From: Macrostomum lignano
Lineage: Eukaryota
DNA length: 64,000 nt
Assembly: GCA_002269645.1 (NCBI GenBank)
Contig: NIVC01000248.1
Coordinates: 1-64,000 of the forward strand
Reading direction: 5' to 3'
The position numbers and the translations under genes were made by a program. The first letter of the stretch is position 1; each line of letters begins with the position of its first letter. The notes under the pieces are model-generated. The model ran no database searches and was not told where the DNA came from. It saw only the letters and a program-made list of their open reading frames with translations. Of the stretch, positions 12,800 to 25,174 are shown piece by piece.

Positions 12800-14710
12800 C
12801 TTTGAAATTTCTATTGTCTCTTTGTTTCCTCTTATCTCTCTTGTCCCTTGTCTCTCCTCTCTCCCCTCTTCTTTTGTATCTTCCCTCATCTCTCTTCTCT
12901 TTCATCTCTCTTATCTCATCTCTTGTCTCTTCTTTTCTCTCTCCTCTCCTCTCTACTTATTCATTTTCTCTCTCCTCTCCTCTCTCCTCACTCACTTCTC
13001 TACCTTTGTCTCTCCTCTCTCCTCTTGTCTCTGTAACCTCTCCTCTGTTCTCTTTACTCTCCTATCTGTTCACTCTCGTCTCTGCTCTCTCATCCCTGAG
13101 TAATAGTGATGGATTGAAATTATTTTTCAAATCAAAATCGAAATCAAAATTTTTGGTTCCTTAGAATCAAAATTGAAATTGAAATCAAAATCAAAATTTT
13201 TTTAGCTTAACAAATTTTTACTTTTTTGCTAATCATGCAAAAAGGTTAACACCTTGCCTCTGCATGTATGAGCTTACATGTTTTATAAAAAGTATCTTTG
13301 ATATGTTTAAACCAGAATACTTTAGATTTAACTTACTTAAAAAAAGAAATAGAAAATGCTGGTATTTTACGTATTATACACTCGTACATAGAAATATAGT
13401 AGAAGTTGTATAATACTTCACCGCTGTTGAAGCTGAAGATCTAGATACAAGTAGCCTATATCCATTTCATTAAGGCTTTATAAGTCTTTAGCCAATTAAA
13501 ATCCACGCCGATGAGTTTAGCCAGTGGGCTTGTGGAGGTTGAGGTGGGTGCAGCACAAGGCCTTGAATAGTATGTGCCCTACACAATCTTTTCTTGTAGA
13601 AAAGACGATTCTCACCTCCTCACTGAGTCTTTGAACTGCACTTCCTTTCATTTCCTATAGATTTTCTAACTCGTGTAGCATGATCATCAATGTCTAAATT
13701 GTTAAAATATAACCAAAATTTTGAAACGATTTTCGATGAATGGTGTCGAAATTCAAAATCAAAATTATTTCGATGCAAAATTAGTTTCGAAATTCAGAAT
13801 ATCAAAATCAAAATCGAATTTTGATTCATCACTACTGAGTAACCTCTCTCATCTGTCTTATATGTTCTCTCACCTCTCTCCTCCGTACTCTTTTCTTTCC
13901 CCTCTTTTGACTCTTCACTTTTCTTTCTCCTTTCTTCTTTTCTCTCCTCTTCTATTTTCTATACTCTGTCTTCCTCTCTTCTCTCACTCCACTCTCCTCT
14001 CTCTATTATCTCTCATCTCTCATTTCTCATCTCTCCTTCTACCTTTCTCATCTCTACAACCTTAGAGATGTAGAGATGTATTTTCATCTCTTCTCTCTTC
14101 CCTTTACTCTTTCATCTCTTCTTTCACCTGTTTCCTCTTTGCTCTCCTCTCTGCTGTCTCCTCTCTTCTCTCATCTGCAGCTCTTTGCTCTTATCTCTAC
14201 TCTCTCCTCTTGCTTTTCCTCTCTTTCCTTCTCTCACCTCTCTCCTCCGTACTCTTTTCTTTCCCCTCTTTTGACTCTTCACTTTCCTTTCTCCTTTCTT
14301 CTTTTCTCTTCTCTTTCGTTTTCTATACTCTGTCTCCCTCTCTTCTCTCACTCCACTCTCCTCTCTCCGTTATCTCTCATCTCTCATTTCTCATCTCTCC
14401 TTCCACCTCTCTCATCTCTACAACCTTAGAGATGTAGAGATGTATCTTCATCTCGTCTCTCTTCCCTTAACTCTTTCATCTCTTCTTTCACCTGTTTCCT
14501 CTTTGCTCTCCTCTCTGCTGTCTCCTCTCTTCTCTCTTCTGCAGCTCTCTGCTCTCTCATCTCTACTCTCTCCTCTCGCTTTTCCTCTCTCCCCTCTTCT
14601 CCCCCTCTCTCTCATTGTCCTCACCCCCTCATCTCTCCTATTATATTTTATCTTTCTTTTATTCCCTCTGTTGCCTCTCCTCTCTTCAAATCATTTTTTC
14701 CTTCTTCTTT
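12800..14710. repeat. CT-rich low-complexity region including a ~364-bp internal duplication
   Basis: Polypyrimidine tract; the block tctcacctctctcctccgtactc...ccttagagatgtagagatgtat occurs near 13868 and again near 14232. Confidence 0.85.
13104..13834. mobile_element. Non-autonomous hAT-type element (MITE-like, 731 bp)
   Basis: 8-bp TSD CTGAGTAA (13096-13103, 13835-13842); terminal inverted TAGTGATG/CATCACTA; subterminal (A)AAATC repeats at both ends. An 8-bp TSD with short TIRs is the hAT hallmark. Confidence 0.8.
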
Positions 14711-17233
14711 CCACTTTCATCTGCCCCTCAGCTATGAGCTGGATTCTTTATCTGGCCTTTGAGGTAAAAGTCTGCCCATCCTTGGAAAGCCAGTTTGTAA
14801 GACGTAGTACTCTCATGGTTGTTCTCATGCTTTGATCATGTCATCTTTCTTGCCAATTTGCAGCCCTGAAAGGAATTTGTGTATCTTTAGCTCCACTGCA
14901 GTCTGCATCAGTCTAACAACCAAGGAAATATGCATTTCTTAGGAGGCCATTTAAAATTTACACAGTACCTTTAAAAGAAAACTAAAATTTCCATGGTGTG
15001 CCTAATTTAGTAGGGTTGTATTGCATTGCATCGCATTGCCTTTTCATAAATCTTTCGCTTTTACAAACCATGCTGGATAGTGCATTCCCTCGATTTGCCA
15101 ATTGCCATCCACTGTTAAACTGCTGCAGAGTTTGCCAATACAGAAGGGAGGGTGGGCAGTGGTTAGAATTTCTCACTGAACTGTTATAGCTAAACATAGC
15201 CTTTCCACTCTCAGGGTGCAGAGAAGGCTATAAATAAAGTTATTCCAAAACACTGTACATTTGCTATGTACATTCAGTCCTATCGCCTGACCCTTCATCT
15301 GGCTCTGGGGGAATGAGTGAGTGAGTGGCACAAACAACAGAAAAAGCAGACAAACTTCACATGCTTACAGTTTCTTTTTTGATTGAGTTACAGAGTTGAA
15401 ACTTTACATTTAGATAGAGAATGGGTCAATGAAGAATTGTGTCAGGTTTGAAATCAATCGCTTTACGTGGAGCAAACTTATGGCAGCTGAAAGTTAGTCA
15501 ATTTTGAAACCCTTTTACACATCTGGGCCCAGATTGGGTAAGAGAGGCAGGCGGGCAGAGGTTGGGGTGGTTGCTACGCTTAAAAAAACAATTAACTTTA
15601 AAAGTGCACAGCGCCGCTCAGGATTAACTTTGAAACTCAAAATTTTACAAGATTGTGCCAAAATAGTTTAAGATTAAATATTGAAACGACTGTATTATGG
15701 CTTCTAATTCAATGCCATACCATGTCTGTAAACTCCTAAATGGAAGCATAAAGGAAATAAAAGCTCTTAGCCTTATTAAAATTAATCTTAAGTGCCACAT
15801 GCCCCTTTACCTTTGGTTTACAAACATTTCCACACATGCACTTCATTGAAATGATTGCAAACCAAAGCTGGCTAGCAATACATTTATCTTTACACAAAGT
15901 ACATATGCATTACTTTTACATTATTATCTTTTACCTAGAGCTTCAGTTCATGATTATTTTTATGTGCATTACACATTCAAATGATTGTAAACCAAAGTTG
16001 ATATATAAGCATTGTCCAATAAATTGCTTTGTGGGCTTTCAATTTTGCATATTTTTTGTTATTCAGTTTCAAACATGCCATTTTTGAACACAAATGAGCA
16101 GTGGTTTTCTTTAATGTATTTTTTAGACAAGATCTTTATTGCTTTTTATTTAAGTTTAAAAGTGAAGGCTAGAAGGATTAAGTAGTAACTATAAGTTAGT
16201 CAAAGTTTTTAAGTATTTTGTATAAATTTTAAGCTAATTTTAGCTAATTTAAAGAAAAATGCTATGCAACCCTATATTGGCAATTAAAAATTAATGCAAA
16301 AAATAAGTAAGCTTTTTGTGGTAAGTATTATAAATTCAGATAACCTTTTTTAACTTTAATTAGCATAGTTTTTATTATTATCTAGTGACAAAACAATAAA
16401 GTTTTTGTCCCTAGTTTATATTTGGGTAATACCAAAAAATAGATAATTTCAAATAAATTGATTTTTTTACATTATACTAGAAACTAATAGAGTGGTTTTA
16501 TAAATTATATTTAATAAAAATAAAGTGCCAAAGTTAAAAGCGTGACAAAATAACCTTAATTTGTTAATGCAATGTGTCATAAAAAATGTAAAATAATAAT
16601 AGACATTAAAATAATTTACAAATGTTTACTAGAATTTATACTTACTTCAGAGTGTGCAAGATTGTTTGTTTAGAGTTAGAGTGCTAAGCAAAGTTGTTCC
16701 TCTTTAGCCTTATTGCCTTTTCCCTTTAACCTTTCCTAGAGTTATGCCAATGGAATGGCATATTCCATTTATATTTTTAAACAAATGAAAGAATCTGAAA
16801 GATACTAACAAAAATTTTGTACTTTTATTATAACATTTGGTTTAATAAATTTAAAATGTGTAACAGCTGCAACATAATTGTTATATGTACTACAGTACTC
16901 ATAAATATTTCTTTACAAAATATATAATGTGGATTTATAGTTATGCCAATACCAGCCAACCCTATCTGAGAATTTACATTGGCATTTCTAAACTGAATGT
17001 TGGAAGTTTGAATCTGTGCTAAAATATTTTGCATGAGTAGTATGATCTGGACTATAAGAAGAGGCTGTCATATGCAAAAAAGACCCTTTGGCTGCAATAG
17101 GCTAAGAACTTCAATTGCTGTTGCTATATGCTAACAAAGATAACTCAGAGCTTATTGTCAACTATTTGTTTATTTTCAGTGCGCCACTCACTAACTTGCT
17201 TGCTGGTGCTCCTAGGCTAGAAATACAGTCAGC

Positions 17234-18552
17234 ATGTCCTGGGACAGCATCCTGCACAGTATGTTGCAGTCCGACTGCATCAATCGGGCGGCTCTGGCTG
17301 GCCGCGACGGCCTAATCTGGTCGGCGACGCCCGACTTTCAGCCGACGCAGCAGGAGATTCTCAATTTAGTGAATTACTGCGAAGGCGAATCGGCCTCGCC
17401 GGCCTCCTTCACTCTGGCTGGCAGGCGGTACCTGACGCTGCGCCGTCTGGAAGGCTGCATTGATGGTGAGTGAGTGAGCCGGGTGTGGAAAAGCACAAGT
17501 GCAACTTGCAGAATTGGAAATGACCAAGATTTATGAATTCCAGCTTCTTGAGAAGTGCAACAGAGACAGAGGACAGAGTAGCTCATTGGTTAAGGCGGCT
17601 GGTTTACGCTATTAAGCGCCTGGGTTCGATTCCCTGACGTTGCTTTCTCCAGCACCCGCAGGCCCTGCAAAGTCAAACTATAAGATTAAAAGTGCAATTC
17701 GCAATGGGTTGAGAGTAGTCAAGTATTCAAATGTTTTATGAGTTTCCTTCCTCTCTCTTTGACGATGGTACCAATCGCCTATAGATGCTTCTTAATTAAA
17801 TAAGTCGAAGGTTCGGTAGGTGTCTCTCGATCTCTAACCCTCAACAGAGTCTTTTACAGAGATGTTTATTTCTACGAGCGCAGTTCGTGATTGTTGCAAT
17901 TTCTGATAGGATATTGATCGCGCAAATGTATTAAACAATTCAGTGGAAATGGGAGCCACAGGCTACTTATCGATACTGTTGCATACTTTACGTGTGTCCA
18001 GATTTATCTCTTTGTTAGATCGGGATATTAGAGTCAGCTATTGGAGCAGTTAAAGAGGCGGAGAGCCGAGGGGGCGGCTTCATTCTCACCGAACGCTAGT
18101 GTATATATGATTTCTATAACTCATTTCATTGGTGTTCGCTTCAATAGGATCTTTACTGCCGCACAAGGATGTGCTGTACTCTCCTGATAGAAAAACCTGA
18201 AGTTCGCGTTAGACTAAAAAATAACATTGGGTATAACCTGCTTAAATTAAGATTACTTCAGTATAGCAATTCTAATATCTATACATATCGGTAGTCAACA
18301 GATTCCTTGTCAAATTCCATCTGCTCATACCCAGGTAAGTTTAGCCAGGACGTGGCCTCAGTTGCCCTGACGCTCAACTGTGTTGTTGTGGGAGCTTATG
18401 TTGCCCCAGCTGAAACTCCCCTGACTGCGCCGCCGGCCCAGCACAAGCAGTCGAACAGTCTTCAGCAATGCCAACAGCAGCCCAATCGGAGTGAAAAAGT
18501 GCACCAGACTGTTATGAATGTCAGGCTCTACCTGCGAGAGAATGGCTTCTGA
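17234..18552 (+). CDS. Divergent profilin, 2 coding exons (17234-17465, 18335-18552), ~149 aa
   Basis: MSWDSILHSML..RAALAGRDGLIWSATPDF...FTLAGRRYLTLR..IDG|KFSQDVASVALTLNCVVVGAY...VMNVRLYLRENGF. Profilin N-terminal MSW, C-terminal YLxxxGF; phase-1 intron gtgagt...cccag. Confidence 0.85.
17572..17645 (+). mobile_element. tRNA-derived Pol III head (SINE head or tRNA pseudogene) in the profilin intron
   Basis: A box tagctcattggtt (17579-17591) and B box ggttcgattcc (17623-17633); acceptor and anticodon stems do not pair properly. Confidence 0.5.
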
Positions 18553-18999
18553 AAGAGAATTACGGAGGCGAGAGGGAATAAAACAAGAGATAAGAGCTGA
18601 GAAGAGAATTCTCCTAATCTACTTACCTGATTTCGGCTGTTGTCAATGCAATCTACCACTTTTATTGCTGCTAATTGCGTCATTTGGCGTGTCGCAAAGT
18701 ATTTCGCAACTGGTTCCTTCAATGGCATTCGTTGTTCAGTATTTTTGTGCTGCTTTTTTAATTGTATTTGTTATTTCGCTTTGCTGTTGTAATATCGAAA
18801 TATTTGCTCTACACAATCAGTAATCAATTTTACACAAACTTGCAACATTACTATTACTAACAGCGCTTTTTTGCTTGCGGTTTGTGTTCCAAAGTTACAA
18901 GGACCAGGATTGGTCTGACCAGGTTTATTAGTTGGCTTGTCGTGCACTTTGAATACAGCAGAAGAGGTCTAGGCAATTCGGAGCTGTGAAAGCATAATT

Positions 19000-19585
19000 A
19001 GGGCTGTGTGAATGCTGTCTTTGTCTTAGCAATCGGGGGCTGTGTTAGTAAAATCAGGGGCTGTGTGAATGCTGTGTATTTAAAATCAGGGGCTATGTGA
19101 ATGCTGTGTGAGTAAGATTAGAGGCTGTGAATGTTGTGTAAGTAAAATCAGGGACTTTGTGAATGCTGTTATTAAAACTAGGGGCTGTGTGAATGCTGTC
19201 TTAGCAATTGGGGGCTGTGTGAATGCTGTCTTAGCAATTGGGGGCTGTGTGAATGCTGTCTTAGCAATTGGGGGCTGTGTGAATGCTGTGTATTTAAAAT
19301 CAGGGGGCTAAGTGAATGCTGTGTGAGTAAGATCAAGGGATGTGTGAATGCTGTCTTAGCAATTGGGGGCTGTGTGAATGCTGTCTTAGCAATCGGGGGC
19401 TGTGTGAATGCTGTCTTAGCAATCAGGGGGCTGTGTGAATGCTGTATATATAAAATCAGGACTGTGTTATTAAAACCAGGGGCTGTATGAATGCTGTCTC
19501 AGTAATCGGGGGCTGTGTGAATGCTGTGTATTTAAAATCAGGGGCTAAGTGAATGCTGTGTGAGTAAGATCAGAGGCTGTGTGAT
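19000..19585. repeat. Minisatellite, 30/33-bp unit
   Basis: (gggggctgtgtgaatgctgtcttagcaatt)n with variants. Confidence 0.95.
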
Positions 19586-20638
19586 CAGCTTTGCACAAGG
19601 TGTCACATGTAATTTTCTCCTTTCTGGCGCGCATTTTGCGTGCTGCGAGTGCAGCTGTTTACCAGTTTATTTAAAACTGAAAATCATATTGGAATCTCAA
19701 TGTTTCAATACTAGTGCTTTGTTGTCCCAGTGATTAATTCTATTGCTGCATGATTTTTGAAGCAAAAGTTGTCCCACTGCATCTGCTGTACACAGGCTAG
19801 CTATGTACTGTATGTAGTGTATACACCTGCTGTTCTAACTGCATAATAACACTGCTTATTGGGAGCAGAAAGTATTTAACTGTCCGTTTTAGTCAAATGA
19901 AAATATACACAAACTGGTGCAATGCATACCGCTTTTCAATATATGCTAATTACACACCTGTGCCTGTATAAAGTCTTACTTTCTAACTAGTAATTAGACA
20001 TTTAGGCCTGTCTCTGGCTGGCCCCCCCCCCCGACCTGCGCTGATTAAGTTTCACCTTGCACTTGCACTCGCTCCCTCATTGGTGCAGCTCTAAGCTAGT
20101 AGTCTTGATCTATTTGGCTAATGGCTATCCGATATACCGACTGACGTCTCCTTGTCTTGCATTTGGGCCAGCCCGTTTGAGCATTTGTTCGGGCTCAGTC
20201 AGTCGGTCACTCATTTTTAGAATCTGCGAAGCTGCAGTATAGAGAGCCGTGCGGTCCAGCGCACCGTGACTAGGTCTCTGTCTCACCTGTCTCTAACCTC
20301 CCCAGCCCACCGCCCTGTGTGACTGTTAAGAGTTTTTGTCATCTGCATGCTGCTCTTATAGTCACCGCCGGCGCGGTAAATGTCTCTCCAGGTGCGCGCA
20401 CAGTGCAGTGCCCTAGGAACCCTCACCCCTCCCTCCCTCCTGAAGCCCACGGGGGCTTATCTCTCTCTTATGCTGCCTTTTTATGTGTAGCAGAGCTCGT
20501 TTTATTATTTTATATTACACATATATCTAATAGCACTCAGCTTTTTGCTTGTATTTTTACAGCCAATTTCACCGGATTCCGGCAGCCGTTGAGCTCAGTT
20601 ACTCGTTTAGCAACTCACACCCGAATACACACGCAAGC

Positions 20639-21040
20639 ATGTCCTGGCAGTCCTGGGTTGATAACATGTTGGCCTATCCCGGCGTCAACATTGCCGCCAT
20701 CTACGGCGTGGACGGCAGCGTGTGGGCCAAGTCGCCCTCCTGCAATCCCAACCCCGCAGAGGTCACCGCGCTGATCGCCGGCCTCGGCAAGAGCAGCGCT
20801 GGCGAATTCACCGGCTTCAACTTTCAGGGCCTCCGCTTCATGACCATCCGGCTGATTGACGGCGAGATCGACGGGCGCAGCGGGCAGAGCAGCCTGAGCG
20901 CCATGAAGTCCAGCCAGTGTGTGGTGATCGGCGGCTACATCGACCCGGCGGACGGCTCCGCCCCGGAGACCGCCGGTAGCCAGAAGGTCAACTTCGCCGT
21001 GGCCAAAGTCAAGGAGGCGCTGGCCAATGCCGGCTATTGA
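20639..21040 (+). CDS. Profilin, intronless CDS, 133 aa
   Basis: MSWQSWVDNMLAYPGVNIAAIYGVDGSVWAKSP...FNFQGLRFMTIR...KSSQCVVIGGY...VAKVKEALANAGY; canonical profilin pattern. 5'-UTR acceptor tttttacag near 20562; AATAAA near 21390. Confidence 0.93.
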   Translation: MSWQSWVDNMLAYPGVNIAAIYGVDGSVWAKSPSCNPNPAEVTALIAGLGKSSAGEFTGFNFQGLRFMTIRLIDGEIDGRSGQSSLSAMKSSQCVVIGGYIDPADGSAPETAGSQKVNFAVAKVKEALANAGY

Positions 21041-22389
21041 TGAATTCAGTTTTTAATATATTATAATCTAATTTGAACGCCATAATCGACAAATTCTTAC
21101 CATCATATCGAGTGTTTTATTGAATTTTTAGGTTTGAAATTGGAACTCTGTCGCTTACATACAAACTATATATATTTCTATATATATATATCTTTACATC
21201 TATTTATTTTTATTGTTTTTATTGTTCTTCGGTTAAGCCAGAAACTAAACAGCAAACCAACTGGGAGTTGCCTGTTGCCTGCTTTTTTATTCATCAACCA
21301 ATCTAATAATACTGCTATTATTTATGTGTCCCCCTCCTATCTGCATGCCTTTCCTTAGCGCTGAACTTTGAATTCTAATCAGTGATTTTAATAAACAATA
21401 ATTGTAAGCAAACTGACCAAGCATGCCAGGAACTAACTGTGTCTGTTTTATTAGAACATAATGATTAACTGCATGAGATAGCGATAATAAGCGGTGCCCA
21501 GAACCGGTGCCTGAATAACTTCATTCAGTTCTGTCCTCCGACTTACTAACGTTAGTAGCATAGCTGCTCATTGCTGCTAAACTTTTTAAGTACAAAATAG
21601 TTGTATTAAAATTCAATTATCCCGCTACCAAGCAATAGGTTCGCGAAAATGTTCCAGTTAGTTATTTTTTTCAAAAAATAAAGCCGCTCATTATGACAAC
21701 AAACTCGATTGTGACTTTTTAATCTGCTCCGTTTTTAACCACGTTTTTAATTGCCTGCAAACGGCTTATAAAAGATAAATATTGTCATATGCTTTCAATA
21801 CTACTGTTTAGTATGCCACCATTGTTATTAAGTTATTGGTTTTATTTATTGTTTTGCTGTTATTTCTGGTTGCGACGGCTCAATCGTGGTAGAGTTTGCG
21901 CAGAAAAATTTCTGGTAATGCCTGCAGCGATTAGTGCTGATGCGTGTGGAATTTTCGGTTTCCAAATTCTTTCCAAAATCATTATCGGTTATTCTCTACA
22001 ATATAATCATCACGTGACAAGTTTCCAATATGAAATTTTATTTTAGCTAATAATTGGCTTTTTATTCCAGCTATCCGACCCAAGCTTGTATGTTTCCAGT
22101 AATCCGTCTGAAACTGATGAGTATGCTATGCACACTACTGTTATTGCTAAATATATTACTTATGAAAGTGCTCCAGTTAAAATAGTTTCTACTCTGGTAG
22201 CAATAAACAGGTTCACCAACATCAATCAAGCCGCTTTTTATAGAAAATATTTCGCCTGCGAAAACATTGTCACACGGTGTTGCTTATTTTTATCAGCACT
22301 GCTTTTCCTTAAACCCGCAAGAAATCACCCTTACAGGCACTTCCCGAACCGCTCTTCCCAACATTTAGAATCTCTTTGAGTATCGCTCT

Positions 22390-23340
22390 TCAAGTCATTA
22401 GAGAATCACCCTCCAAATCCTTGAGAATCGCTCTCCAAATGATTCAAGAATCACCCTCCAAATCACTAGAGAATCGCCCTCCAAATCACTAGAGAATCGC
22501 TCTCCAAATCTTTGGAGAATCGCCCTCCAAATCACTAGAGAATCGCCCTCCAAATCACTAGAGAATCGCCCTCCAAATCACTAGAGAATCGCTCTCCAAA
22601 TCCTTAGAGAATCGCCCTCCAAATCACTAGAGAATCGCTCTCCAAATGATTCAAGAATCGCCCTCCAAATCACTAGAGAATCGCCCTCCAAATCACTAGA
22701 GAATCGCTCTCCAAATCCTTAGAGAATCGCCCTCCAAATCACTAGAGAATCGCCCTCCAAATCACTCGAGAATCGCCCTCCAAATCACTAGAGAATCGCT
22801 CTCCAAATGATTCAAGAATCGCCCTCCAAATCACTAGAGAATCGCTCTCCAAATCTTTGGAGAATCGCCCTCCAAATCACTAGAGAATCGCTCTCCAAAT
22901 CTTTGGAGAATCGCCCTCCAAATCACTAGAGAATCGCTCTCCAAATGACTCAAGAATCGCCCTCCAAATCACTAGAGAATCGCTCTCCAAATGACTCAAG
23001 AATCGCCCTCCAAATCACTAGAGAATCGCTCTCCAAATGACTCAAGAATCGCCCTCCAAATCACTAGAAAATCGCCCTCCAAATCACTAGAGAATCGCTC
23101 TCCAAATCTTTGGAGAATCGCCCTCCAAATCACTAGAGAATCGCTCTCCAAATCTTTAGAGAATCGCCCTCCAAATCACTAGAGAATCGCTCTCCAAATC
23201 TTTGGAGAATCGCCCTCCAAATCACTAGAGAATCGCTCTCCAAATCTTTGAAGAATCGCCCTTCAAATCACTAGAGAATCGCCCTTCAAATCACTAGAGA
23301 ATCGCTCTCCAAATTCTTAGAGAAGCGCCCTCCAAATCCT
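22390..23340. repeat. Minisatellite, 23-bp unit, ~40 copies
   Basis: (gagaatcgccctccaaatcacta)n. Confidence 0.97.
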
Positions 23341-24791
23341 TGGAAAGTCGCAAATCTTAATATAGTGCTTTTGATGATAATTGTATTATAAAATTTCTTT
23401 GGAACTACTGTACAGTTTATTTAAGTAGAGCGGCGGGAACAACGCTGTTATTTTTAAATAAAGCACTTTCATTCTTACTTGGTCGTGCATCATCAGACGA
23501 GTTGTTTACGACCAACTCCGCCTCGGCTCTTAGCTGTCAGTACACTGTCTGTACGTGGGCGTTGTGGCAGCGTAAATATTGAGGGAATTTCACATGGGGT
23601 GGATGCCGTGCGTCACAGCCTGAATGACCATTTTTAGGGGATATGCATAAATATGATTTAGCATTACTATTTACGTGTCAGTCTATCAAGAGTCTCGGAT
23701 TAACCCTTAAGCATAGTGTATGCGATTTTCATAATCGCTTAATTTATTTGCATATGATGCTGCAAGCTGCAATGCATATTGCACTGCATTCATACGGTTG
23801 TCAGTGCTAACGAGTGCATTATGTTTATTCACAGAGAGTGATAATATAATTAACTTGGTCATTTCCGTCAGTCAGACTGCGTGACTGTCTAATTATTTAC
23901 AGTGTGCAGCAATAACAACAGGCTGTAATCAGAGCGCAGGAAACACCTTAAATAAACTCGATCACTTCTGACAGGCGTGACAGAGGTGCCCGTACAGCAT
24001 TAATATTTCAATAGTTTTGCAAATCTCTCAGATGCTTATACTGGCTCTGCTGTAACAAAAAACATATAAAGCAGATAATGTTGTCTTGCTTGATAAACAT
24101 TGATTTGTTTTCAATCTTAAACGAAAAAAAATTCAATGCTAGATTGTGCTTTTTGTTTTTACTATAAAGGACAATGAAACCCGTAGGCATAAAGGCAATT
24201 GTAATGAAACAATAAAAAAATCTGCGAAACGAAACCTCTCAATCGCTTCTTTGAGAATCACCTGTCTCATTTTCTGTCTGAGAGTCGCCTTTTGCCACTC
24301 GCAGAGGAAAGGTGAAGTCCGGACAATGCACTCGCCAGACCTCTCAGTCGCAAAATGCCTAATGAGGTGCTTGTAAAGCAACTGGGCAACACGAGTTTGA
24401 CGTCACGATTGGCTTCAACCTTTTAAGCCCAGCTCCATCTGTGTTGCAACGTACAGCTTCTATTCTACTGTAACTGCACTATTGTGCATCTACAAAGTCA
24501 AAAGGGCACGTGCACTTCTGTAACTGAATAACGTCAATACTGTAATGAAAAAGCCGAATCTCATATACTTTCTACTACTGCATCAAGGCCAGTTCCCTGT
24601 GACGAAAGTTGTGCCACATAAGACGCCCGATATGGAGCTGAAAAAGTACCGCTTTTCAAAGAAGGACATGAAAAGCTTGGGGTATTAATAAACTTTGGTC
24701 ATTGGGGAACTTTCTGGACTAACCTTTTCCTGACATCCAGTTTCACTGTACTGCCTTACCCTTCTCTGCCTTGTTTTTCTGCTCTTAGTTC

Positions 24792-24830
24792 TATAAATAG
24801 CCTGATGCGGTCACGGGGATTTCCAGTTTA
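24792..24830 (+). promoter_or_regulatory. Candidate TATA box and initiator upstream of PIM-like kinase A
   Basis: TATAAATA at 24792-24799 with an Inr-like CCAGTT about 30 bp downstream; motif spacing only. Confidence 0.35.
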
Positions 24831-25174
24831 AAAAGCAGTGTTCAGTGAAGTATATAGCAAAGTAGATCTATCAATCAAGCAATTAATCGATAGCTGAAGA
24901 AGACAGGCGATCTTATAAAAAACAGAAGCCAGAATCAGTTTAAATTAAAAATTCATATCAAACAGCTTTTTGAACTGGAAATAAAGAAAATAATTCTCAT
25001 ACAGATTTTCGTGCAAGAATATCGGAAACTAAAATCAGACTATACGGACTATATATACAATGTTCATAAACTGCACTCCATGACTGCAAAACTGGAAAGA
25101 AGATAAACCTGTTTGACACGTGGCCAGCTTTCTAATAATACAGTTTGTCTTATTCCGTAAAGCTGACTTTGACT

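Noticed and set aside
14950-15620. Kolobok-like TTAA termini
   Set aside because: The ends face away from each other and no matching partner ends were found.
17572-17645. Functional tRNA gene
   Set aside because: A and B boxes are present but the cloverleaf stems do not pair; kept only as a SINE head or pseudogene.
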